Made by a program: the position numbers and the translations under genes | Virus record (IMG/VR): IMGVR_UViG_3300027668_002455 | Span: 111,850-175,849 of that record | From: a virus | DNA: 64,000 nt | Strand: one strand, 5' to 3' | Notes under the pieces: generated by a model | Seen by the model: only the letters and a program-made list of their open reading frames with translations | Told to the model about the DNA's origin: nothing | The model's database searches: none | Shown here: positions 40,763-49,175 of the stretch, in pieces | Position numbering within the stretch: position 1 is the stretch's first letter | How the letters are laid out: every line of letters starts with the position of its first letter

Positions 40763-40981
40763 TTAGCTACCTTTCTTGGCAAGACCTCTTGAGATAGTAT
40801 AACCCAGAGCGGCAGCAGCAGAGCAGACAAATCCAAAGATTTTATCAGCATTCGATGCACCTTCTGGGTCTACGACTCCCGCTCCCCATGCTAGAGAACA
40901 CACAGTGACGGTAACCGTAACCCAAAACTCAGTCGTCTTCCAACCGGGTTTTACTTCATTTGTTTTTTTTGTAGTAGCCAT
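40763..40981 (-). CDS. Holin-like protein (2 TM)
   Basis: KPGWKTTEFW, two TM helices, basic C-terminus SRGLAKKGS. Confidence 0.65.
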   Translation of the reverse strand: MATTKKTNEVKPGWKTTEFWVTVTVTVCSLAWGAGVVDPEGASNADKIFGFVCSAAAALGYTISRGLAKKGS

Positions 40982-40999
40982 AGCTTTTTTATTTCCTTA

Positions 41000-42190
41000 T
41001 TATTCTAAATCGCCAAGTTTTTTCAATTCTTCTAATTTGGCATGAGGTTTTTGTATTCCCCCAATTGCCGTGTAGACTGTTAGATCGGGTTTGTCCCCGC
41101 TATAAATTCCACGATGGACAACGCTCCCCTTTGTTAGCATGCGGGAGAATTGATCAAAAGCCCTATCAAGATTCTGTTGTGGTAATGTCTCTAAAATTTG
41201 TTTTCCGCCAACGATAACTACACCAGCAGAGTTACCACTACTTAAATCAACACCACCAGAAAGCATGTTGTTTTTTAAATTATCTCTAACCACTTTGCTA
41301 ATACTGGAGGGACCATCCCAGTCGCTAACGCCAGCGGCACCAAAAACAATTAACCCAGTATCTAACACCTGTTTATAGTCATTGGAATCAAAAGCAGAAT
41401 AGCTGCTATTTTTAGCTGCGGTATGATTAAATAGGTGAAATAATCCCGCAATACTCATGTTAGCGGTTTCCCAGAAAGTCCCCACTGGTAACCCCGGATA
41501 AAGAGTATTGATTTTTTCGTTGTCTAGTATTATTAGAGGAGATACTATTCCGCGCTCAACCAGATCCCAAACCTTAACCAAGGTGGCATAAGCATTTGCA
41601 TTAACCTTTTTTCCTTCGGAATGTTTTGGTAATGCAAGCACAACGCCTACTTTATCAGTGGGAGCCTTAATGGTCCGTTGCATTTCTTGGGCGGTCTCAA
41701 CCAATGGACAAACAGTTCCTGCACCCGAGCCACCGCCAGCCCCAGCACAAACAAAAATTCTATCTACTGACTCCCCAAAAGAATCATACATGAAATCGAG
41801 AACATCTTCTCTATGATCAGTATATAGTCTTTCAGCAATATCGGGGTTTTTTCCAGCCCCTCCATTACCAATACAGAGTTTATTATCAAGATTAATTGTA
41901 TTTAAATCCTGCTGAGCTGTGTTAAGAACGGCAATTTTTCTATAGCCTAATTTATGAAAAGATTCTGCAATTCTAGAGCCTCCCTGCCCCGCACCGATAA
42001 AAGCAAAGTTAAAAGCGACATTGCAATTATCCTTATTTTTATCTTCCTTTTCCGCCACCACTTTAGGCATCGGGATAGGAATTTCAGGCATAGAAATATC
42101 GACACTAGAATCTGTATTCATATAAGAATCTAGATCATCAACGGGGGGTTGATTATCTGGCGTGGGAGAATTTAGATTTTCAGTATTCAT
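41000..42190 (-). CDS. Tubulin/FtsZ-family GTPase
   Basis: T1 loop FIGAGQGGSRIA, LNTAQQDL, GGAGKNP, signature GAGGGSGAG, LP..SEG, ILDN, T7-like FDSNDY. Confidence 0.92.
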   Translation of the reverse strand: MNTENLNSPTPDNQPPVDDLDSYMNTDSSVDISMPEIPIPMPKVVAEKEDKNKDNCNVAFNFAFIGAGQGGSRIAESFHKLGYRKIAVLNTAQQDLNTINLDNKLCIGNGGAGKNPDIAERLYTDHREDVLDFMYDSFGESVDRIFVCAGAGGGSGAGTVCPLVETAQEMQRTIKAPTDKVGVVLALPKHSEGKKVNANAYATLVKVWDLVERGIVSPLIILDNEKINTLYPGLPVGTFWETANMSIAGLFHLFNHTAAKNSSYSAFDSNDYKQVLDTGLIVFGAAGVSDWDGPSSISKVVRDNLKNNMLSGGVDLSSGNSAGVVIVGGKQILETLPQQNLDRAFDQFSRMLTKGSVVHRGIYSGDKPDLTVYTAIGGIQKPHAKLEELKKLGDLE

Positions 42191-42203
42191 TAGTGATTAC
42201 TAA

Positions 42204-42401
42204 TTACACGGGCTTTTCTTCTTGAGTCTCCTCTTTTTCAGACTCCGCCTTATTTAAGGCTTCTAAGACCGTTTGAACTGACTGCTCCAGAACAAGATGT
42301 TCTTTGTGACTTAACTTCATTTCTCGTGCAATTCCAACCAGATTGTTGAAAGCCGTGTCGATAGTCATTTCGTTTTGATTTGTGGGATTTTCTTCACTCA
42401 T
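42204..42401 (-). CDS. Hypothetical protein (65 aa)
   Basis: ORF preceded by TTGATT-17-TATAAT (42413-42441). Confidence 0.7.
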   Translation of the reverse strand: MSEENPTNQNEMTIDTAFNNLVGIAREMKLSHKEHLVLEQSVQTVLEALNKAESEKEETQEEKPV

Positions 42402-42442
42402 AATTAATAACCATTATAGTATCATCTAAATAAAAAATCAAA

Positions 42443-42964
42443 TTAATTAATAATGTCTTTTAAAACTAAATGGCTAGAAACCATAAGGACTAGCCATGTT
42501 TGACGGTTATTTACTTTATTAACCCTATGTATTGTTTTGGGAGAAAATTCAATAGCGTGGTACCGAGGTACATATGCCATAAAGTCTTCAAACTCAATAG
42601 CTCCATCACTTTCTAAAGCTATTGAAAAAAACTTCCCTATAATAGCCTTAGATTGTTGCCACATAAAATAGTCCATCCAATCTAAAAAATCTCCGCGCTG
42701 AAATCTAAGAATGTAATTAACAAGGAGGTGCGGAGTTAAATTCAGGTCATCTGTGAGAGTGTGTAATTCTTTTTTAAGTAGACTATTTTTAAAAACTGAA
42801 CGAGTATTTATGTATTCGTATTCTGAAAGATTTTCCCTCTCCATAGAGTTCCCGGTCCGTCTACCAAAGCCAGAAGCTCTCTTAAATTTTTGTCCCTTTA
42901 TATAAGATGAAAAATTATCTATTTCTTCTTTATGAGACGATAGATTATGGGTTTTAAATTGCAT
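42443..42964 (-). CDS. 2OG-Fe(II) oxygenase-like protein, degenerate
   Basis: DSBH-like pattern RFQRGDFLDWMD...IEFSPKTIHRVNKV; first His of HxD missing. Confidence 0.45.
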   Translation of the reverse strand: MQFKTHNLSSHKEEIDNFSSYIKGQKFKRASGFGRRTGNSMERENLSEYEYINTRSVFKNSLLKKELHTLTDDLNLTPHLLVNYILRFQRGDFLDWMDYFMWQQSKAIIGKFFSIALESDGAIEFEDFMAYVPRYHAIEFSPKTIHRVNKVNNRQTWLVLMVSSHLVLKDIIN

Positions 42965-43505
42965 ATAAAAAAGTAGCGCTATACCTCTTTGACTTTACAG
43001 GAGGAACCCAGTGAACTAAGTGAACACCGTCGAACCTGTAACCGTTGCCTTTTATATCGGGAAATGATTTGGTTTTTCCTTCCTTATCAGATTCTTCTAC
43101 GCTTGTGCCATTATAATAACACTCAGGGTCACCAATTACAAGTTTATTTTCGCAATCATCTTGCAGGGGTACGATAATAGTGTGAATGGATCTCTGCATA
43201 TCTTTGTGGGGCGGAATAAAATCCCCAACTTCATATCTATTAAGCTGGACTTCTTTCACCGGAAGTCCATTGAAAGTAATGTCTAGGTGTTCCTTAAAAA
43301 TATCACTAAAGCAATCTCTAGAAAATTGACAAGAAAAATACTCTCCTAAATCTTTTTTTAATCCATAGTTCGGAAAAAAAGTTTTTCGTGACTTAAAAAT
43401 GTCAGGATTATCTTCTGCAAAAGATACTAAAAAATCACAAGAGAAAGAAGATAAAAAATCCTTTTCTATTTTTATATCACTGAGTATTTCCCTTGTTAGG
43501 TCCAC
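42954..43505 (-). CDS. 2OG-Fe(II) oxygenase
   Basis: QLNRYEVGDFIPPHKD...VHWVPPVKSKRYS (HxD...H...RxS). Confidence 0.85.
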   Translation of the reverse strand: MDLTREILSDIKIEKDFLSSFSCDFLVSFAEDNPDIFKSRKTFFPNYGLKKDLGEYFSCQFSRDCFSDIFKEHLDITFNGLPVKEVQLNRYEVGDFIPPHKDMQRSIHTIIVPLQDDCENKLVIGDPECYYNGTSVEESDKEGKTKSFPDIKGNGYRFDGVHLVHWVPPVKSKRYSATFLYAI

Positions 43506-44172
43506 CGAGTCCTTTATTTACGAGCCAAACATTACCGGTTGAAACATCCGGAGCTTCGGCTATATCATGGTGGGGCATCTGTTGAGACTTAGGCCCCAGT
43601 TCCTCATGTAAGCCACCATCAAGCTCCCGCCCAAGTCTTGCCACCATTTCCTCTTTACTTTCATATTCAAAAGAAGGGTTATCCTTATAAGCCTCTTTAA
43701 AGTTTTTACCGGACCCACGCCGACCCTTTACATAATCTAAAATAGATTTAAAATCATCAACCTCTTCTCCCGAAAGATTATTTTTTTCAATTAATTTTTC
43801 TACCACGTCAAAGAGAACGTTCACTTGATTATGCCAATCATGTACATCCCTAATTGAATAACCTGTTTGGGTATCTATTTCTTCCTCACTAATTCGAACA
43901 GGGGCATTAATAACTTCCACCAAGGCCCCATTATCAAAGTCTCCACGCCACTCATGAATGGTTGGGTCAAATTTAAGTCTTTTAAATTTATAATGAGTTG
44001 AGTCGTGCTCTGTGGAACCAACGTTCCCGACGGCTCGCCCCATGTATGCCCCTGATGCTTTATTAAAAATAAGCAAAAAATCAGTAGCGCCGGAGCCCTC
44101 CATTAACTCATGAAGCTTGTCGCCCTGCTCATGAATGTGACTATTTAATTGGACATTGATTGTATCGCTCAT
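43477..44172 (-). CDS. Hypothetical protein (possible fibre-associated/assembly protein)
   Basis: Directly downstream of the fibre gene. Confidence 0.55.
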   Translation of the reverse strand: MSDTINVQLNSHIHEQGDKLHELMEGSGATDFLLIFNKASGAYMGRAVGNVGSTEHDSTHYKFKRLKFDPTIHEWRGDFDNGALVEVINAPVRISEEEIDTQTGYSIRDVHDWHNQVNVLFDVVEKLIEKNNLSGEEVDDFKSILDYVKGRRGSGKNFKEAYKDNPSFEYESKEEMVARLGRELDGGLHEELGPKSQQMPHHDIAEAPDVSTGNVWLVNKGLGGPNKGNTQ

Positions 44173-44196
44173 AATATTTTTTATTCTATTAACTTA

Positions 44197-45696
44197 TCAA
44201 CCTGCCGTGAAGTGAAGCGTCCACGTTCCATTAACTACTTGATAAAAATCCCTTCGGTGAGCAGTCGCGCCACAAGTACCATTACCGCAACCGTAAGTAT
44301 AATACCAATGATAATAAACAATTACCATACCATTTTGAATTCCGCCATAGCTAGCATTGACTATGCTTTGCGCTCTAGCGACGATGTTACTGCTCCCGTT
44401 ACCGATATTAACGGCGAGAGCCTTCATGCCTACTTGACCCACAGAGCTAAAGCTGGTTCCGTCTGCAAATACAAGAGCGTTACATCTTACGGTTCCGTTT
44501 ACATCAAGCTTGTACGCGGGGCTATTGGTGCCAATGCCGACTCGGCCTTGTGAATTAACATATATTCTTTCATTACCACTAGTTCTTACCATCCAAGTAT
44601 CATTCTGGAATCGCATGTATGTATCGGTGTCTCCGTTATGATAAATGTATTCATTTACAGCAACATCACCAGCAATCTCCAAGTCGAAAGATGGTGTCTC
44701 CGTCCCGATGCCGACGTTGCCGTTTTGGGCTACGGTGACTGCGGTTCCTAATGCTGAGTCTATTTTGTACTTATCACTATCATCTCCATCATTATAAATT
44801 TGCCATTTGAAAGCGTCGGCCTCATAAAGTCTGATTCCAGCATTGAGATTAGTTGCAGAATCTAAATCAAGATATGCAGAAGATGTGCTTTTTATATCAA
44901 GATTTCCGTGGGGATTGGTGGTCCCGATGCCGACGTAGCCAGTGTCATTATGAATGATCATATCAGCACTGGCTCTACCACCTGCCATGAGCTCTAAATT
45001 TTTACTAGAGTCGCAATTTATCCGAGCTCCTAACGATCCACCATCATATAAATCAACGCTACTTGCACCGCCACCTCCTGAGTCAATTCTGATCCTCGTA
45101 CTTCCACCAGAGGATACTTCTAGAAGCTCACCCGGCGCATTCGTTCCGATACCGACTTTGCCACTCTCTTTGATTCTCATGACCTCACCCCCACTGTCAG
45201 CGGAGAAGTAAATATCAGCATCATTAGAACTGTCAACCGTTGCGTCAGTTTGAATTCGAAGCCCAGTATCGGACATACCAAAGTTAGCACTACCATATGA
45301 TGGTGCAGTAACACGTATATAAGCACCTGTACCACCTGCGCTTTGAACATGAAGCAGCTGTGATGGCGCAGTCGTCCCGATGCCGACTTTGCCACCAGCA
45401 AGGACAGTAAGACGTGTTGTATATGTATCGCTACCCGCACTAGCACCAGAAGATTGAGTGCCACTAGATATCTCCAAAGCATCACTAACCGTTTCTTGAG
45501 CCGCTATTCTAAAGTTTGTATGAGAAGCACTACTTGTTCCAAAATATAAATCAGGACTTCCTGTTTCTATTAGTAGATTACCATTTACGTGTAGCTTAGT
45601 AGATGGTGAAGCCGTCCCGATGCCGACATTCGACATCATATAGACATTGTAGTCAAATCTTGCTGGGTTTATGTTTCTTAATGAAATTGATGCCAT
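44197..45696 (-). CDS. Fibre protein with six (G/N)xVGIGTxxP repeats
   Basis: NVGIGTASP, KVGIGTTAP, KVGIGTNAP, YVGIGTTNP, NVGIGTETP, RVGIGTNSP. Confidence 0.8.
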   Translation of the reverse strand: MASISLRNINPARFDYNVYMMSNVGIGTASPSTKLHVNGNLLIETGSPDLYFGTSSASHTNFRIAAQETVSDALEISSGTQSSGASAGSDTYTTRLTVLAGGKVGIGTTAPSQLLHVQSAGGTGAYIRVTAPSYGSANFGMSDTGLRIQTDATVDSSNDADIYFSADSGGEVMRIKESGKVGIGTNAPGELLEVSSGGSTRIRIDSGGGGASSVDLYDGGSLGARINCDSSKNLELMAGGRASADMIIHNDTGYVGIGTTNPHGNLDIKSTSSAYLDLDSATNLNAGIRLYEADAFKWQIYNDGDDSDKYKIDSALGTAVTVAQNGNVGIGTETPSFDLEIAGDVAVNEYIYHNGDTDTYMRFQNDTWMVRTSGNERIYVNSQGRVGIGTNSPAYKLDVNGTVRCNALVFADGTSFSSVGQVGMKALAVNIGNGSSNIVARAQSIVNASYGGIQNGMVIVYYHWYYTYGCGNGTCGATAHRRDFYQVVNGTWTLHFTAG

Positions 45697-45711
45697 ATAG
45701 ACTCCTTACAC

Positions 45712-47142
45712 TCAATATACCGGAAAAAGATCAAAAGACCTTGATTGTGATATAAAATTACCCGCGTCATCCACCAGCCATCCTGTCGCTGAAGTTGACG
45801 AACTAGGATCATATTTTAGGTACTGGTATTGGTTTTGTTTTACATTTCCACTAACCCAAAAATTTCTATGGGGATTATCAAAATCGATTTCAATTTCAAA
45901 ATTTAAAGAGGTACTCTTATTCGCTCCAATGCTAGAGGTGTAATCTGCAGTAAGTAGTCGGGCCCCAGATATTTGGTAACTTAGCACTCTCTCCCTAACC
46001 CCTGCGGTGCCCGGAGCAACGTCGTCGGGGCCCGCATCCACAGGTAAATTAACTTTTCCATTACAATCAATTTTTAAATCATAATCAGAGTCTTTACGTA
46101 GAGATTGTAGGAAGTTGCCCGTAACATTACCGCTAGTAAGAAGACTCATGCTAACAGTTCCTTTCAGGGGTAGTTTGGTGGGTCTGTAAGTATACAGTTT
46201 ATGACCAAGGTAAGCTGTGCCGGGATCTCGACTAACATCAAAAGATATCTCACAGCTTTGAACTGTATCAATTAGCCAGTTGATACCAGAGGGAGCCCTT
46301 TCAGTGATGGATAAACTTATATCCTTGGAGGAAAAAACATTAGAGGGATATTTATTCGCATCCCCGGCACCATCGACCTCCTTGAAGACTTTTGGGAAAA
46401 AAATCTGTTCGTCACGATCTACAGTTTGTCCATTTTTTGAATTCAGAGTGGGGAGCTTTAAACCGCTAGCCGTGTCATAAAAAATAGCATTATCTCCAAT
46501 GTAGCTTACATCTACAGAGGCTATTTCTCCAACAGCAAATTTTACGCCATACTTGTTTAGGTAGCAATTTTGAAAAACTAAAGTATTATAATTAGGACTA
46601 TTGGGATCAATAACCTCATCAATATTAATATGTCCACCGGAATCATTATCAATCGTCGGATACCCAGCCTCCTCAATGTCCTGAATTTGGTCTTCCCCTT
46701 CCTTGGTGGATATTAGGTAAACATTTCTAGCATCTGTTCCGCTCTCCATTAGCCCTGAAAAAAATGAAGTATGAGAAGTGGTAAGTTGATTATAGGTAGT
46801 TAGCCCCATGCGGGATTCATTATTAATACCATCTAACATGTAACTTAATGTTAACTGAACGGACGCGGGGGAGGTTTCTATTTTTTTAGTAAGCGGGGAT
46901 ACCTTTCCTAAGACGAGAGGTGAAGTCTTCGGGGCATCAAAGGTATAACTAAAGCTTTGAACCTGCTCTAGTCGCTGAAGACAACACAGAGATGCTCCAA
47001 CCAAATCCCCGTCCCCCGTAAAGCCTGTAATATTAAAAGCCTTTATGGTATTGAGCGCAGGCCAAGCGGTGTTCGAATTACCAAGGGGAGAGCCTACGAA
47101 TACATCTTGTACCGCATATGTTACCCTGTTCCTGTTGCCCAT
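45712..47142 (-). CDS. Paralogue of the major tail tube protein
   Basis: RNRVTY..QDVFVG vs RNRIIY..EAVYAG; LEQVQSFSYTF vs LQRVQTANYSF; YTSSIGANKSTSLNF vs YTSDIGSNKSVSLSF. Confidence 0.75.
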   Translation of the reverse strand: MGNRNRVTYAVQDVFVGSPLGNSNTAWPALNTIKAFNITGFTGDGDLVGASLCCLQRLEQVQSFSYTFDAPKTSPLVLGKVSPLTKKIETSPASVQLTLSYMLDGINNESRMGLTTYNQLTTSHTSFFSGLMESGTDARNVYLISTKEGEDQIQDIEEAGYPTIDNDSGGHINIDEVIDPNSPNYNTLVFQNCYLNKYGVKFAVGEIASVDVSYIGDNAIFYDTASGLKLPTLNSKNGQTVDRDEQIFFPKVFKEVDGAGDANKYPSNVFSSKDISLSITERAPSGINWLIDTVQSCEISFDVSRDPGTAYLGHKLYTYRPTKLPLKGTVSMSLLTSGNVTGNFLQSLRKDSDYDLKIDCNGKVNLPVDAGPDDVAPGTAGVRERVLSYQISGARLLTADYTSSIGANKSTSLNFEIEIDFDNPHRNFWVSGNVKQNQYQYLKYDPSSSTSATGWLVDDAGNFISQSRSFDLFPVY

Positions 47143-47155
47143 GACATTTTAGTCC

Positions 47156-49150
47156 TTAAACCTTACTTATGTATAAAATACTTGCTAAATACTCATCGAC
47201 CTGATGACGTGCAGAAATTTCCCTAATTTTAGAAATTCTTTCGTCATTCGTATCAACGGGTTTTTTAACATATTTATCTATAGACTTTCTCCAATTTTGT
47301 GGTTCTTCATTTGCGATGATAACTCCCACGATGTCGTGTGCTATAGATTTTTGTCGTTTACTAAGTCTTTTGATTTTATGATACTTTCTCAAGGAGGCCT
47401 CTACGCCTTTAACCAAGCTATTTGCTGAAACCATATTGGTAGAAATCTTTTGTAAGCTGTACCCCTCCTTCTCAGCCTTGCTTTGCTCCCCCTCTCCAAT
47501 TGGGCTAACCTTATTGGTTTCCTTCGGAACTCCTGTTCCCGGTGGACGCCCATTTTCTTGAGGCCCCTTCTGTGGTGAGGGTTGCCCACCCAGATTGGGA
47601 TTATGTGGGTGCGCCCCGCCACCGACCAGAGGCTCGTAAAGACCTGATTCCTTAAGCTTTCTAAATCTCTTCTGAGATTCTTCAGATTCTTCCTGAGTCG
47701 GCAGCCTGCCAGAGTCGATAGCCGTCAAGCCCTCTTCCGCTGTCAAGATGCCAAGCTCAATGAGACGATTAATCACTCGAGACTTGGTCGCATCATCACT
47801 CAGGCAGATGTGTTCAAAATAAGGAGTAGGATAATTCTTGAACCCCATAGTTTGAGAAACTCGTTTTATTTCAGGGAGTAAAAATTCATTTATAAAAGAT
47901 TCCCTTGCCTGTCTTAATCGAGCCATGAAGACATCAATTTTAATTGATTGATTAGCAAATTTTTCTCCACTTAACAAAATATTTTGAAGCCCACTTTGGA
48001 TATCTCTATCTACTACTTCATATTTTTCGGGGCCAAGTAAATTGCCAATCTCTGGAATAACAAATTCAGCTTTGGTTGTGTAATCTGCAATTAGCACTCT
48101 TCCCACGGATTCATTTGTAAAAAGGGTTTGCATCGCTGCAAGATTTTTTTGATTTACACCGCCCTTGTCAGGCTCGGTTCCCATAGTAATAAGTAGGATA
48201 GCTTGTTGCATGGTTCTAGCAACAGCCATGTCCATTTTCTTCATTTCTGCTTTCCAGTTTATATCTTCCAATACAGGGTAACCCATTGGAACTGAGAAGG
48301 GTTCGTAGTCTTGCTTTTTATAAAAAACTGCATTAATCTTATCAGAGTCTAAAGGAACTAAAATTAAATTACTTTTTGTATTTTTAATTTGCTCTCTTAC
48401 ACTAGATGGTAAAGTCGAAAGAACTTCGGCATCTTCTTCAGTTCGTGGATTCCTCAGTCGTGCAAGTTCATAATCAGTAAGAATTTTATAGTAAAGTCCT
48501 TTTACAAAATTCAAACCGCCTTGAATTTGAATATCTGCAGGATTAAGAATTGTGTATCTTACGGGTAAGTGTTTTTCTGACCTAGAGGATCCAAAGGTTT
48601 TTGTTATCTTTTTTACATCGCTGTCTTTGAGAAGAGCGTCGAACCTATATACAAAAACATTTCCGGATCTATAATACTCTCTAAAGAATTTGTCCATTAC
48701 AGACCACAATCCAATTTTTCCAAAAAGAGCCTCAAAAAATTCTCGAGACTTTTTGCTCCCTCCTCTATAATAAACATCAGAGGTAGAGAATTCCGTCATC
48801 ATATCAATAGTGTTTCTAAATACAGCAAAGTTATAATAAGCCTTCTGACACAGGACAACAGTGTCCCGAATATTTAGGTTGGACTTATTGGAAACACCAT
48901 ACGTGTATTTAAAGGGAATTACTCCATCAGAAATATTTTTAAATCTATCTGTGCGATGGATATCGGCAGCAGCATTCCTACGGGTTGACGCTCGAGTCTC
49001 ATTGGCTACAAGCGGGGAAGCAGAAGAAGCCACAATCTCTTTAATCCCCTTTTCAGGAGCTACTTTTGCAGAAGCAGCCTTTTTAACAGCCGACTTTGGC
49101 TTAGCTGTTACAGCTTTTGTAACTTTTGTTTCTTTTTGCCCTTTTTTCAT
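47156..49150 (-). CDS. Portal protein
   Basis: Follows TerL; AYYNFAVFRNTID, FFREYYRSGNVF, ILNP, KKQDYEPF.VP. Confidence 0.8.
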   Translation of the reverse strand: MKKGQKETKVTKAVTAKPKSAVKKAASAKVAPEKGIKEIVASSASPLVANETRASTRRNAAADIHRTDRFKNISDGVIPFKYTYGVSNKSNLNIRDTVVLCQKAYYNFAVFRNTIDMMTEFSTSDVYYRGGSKKSREFFEALFGKIGLWSVMDKFFREYYRSGNVFVYRFDALLKDSDVKKITKTFGSSRSEKHLPVRYTILNPADIQIQGGLNFVKGLYYKILTDYELARLRNPRTEEDAEVLSTLPSSVREQIKNTKSNLILVPLDSDKINAVFYKKQDYEPFSVPMGYPVLEDINWKAEMKKMDMAVARTMQQAILLITMGTEPDKGGVNQKNLAAMQTLFTNESVGRVLIADYTTKAEFVIPEIGNLLGPEKYEVVDRDIQSGLQNILLSGEKFANQSIKIDVFMARLRQARESFINEFLLPEIKRVSQTMGFKNYPTPYFEHICLSDDATKSRVINRLIELGILTAEEGLTAIDSGRLPTQEESEESQKRFRKLKESGLYEPLVGGGAHPHNPNLGGQPSPQKGPQENGRPPGTGVPKETNKVSPIGEGEQSKAEKEGYSLQKISTNMVSANSLVKGVEASLRKYHKIKRLSKRQKSIAHDIVGVIIANEEPQNWRKSIDKYVKKPVDTNDERISKIREISARHQVDEYLASILYISKV

Positions 49151-49175
49151 AATTTTACACTCATTTTTACACTTT

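Noticed and set aside
44197-45696. Diversity-generating retroelement or invertible fibre cassette (repeated gtcccgatgccgac)
   Set aside because: The repeats encode VGIGT; no reverse transcriptase, adenine-specific TR/VR pair or invertase was seen.
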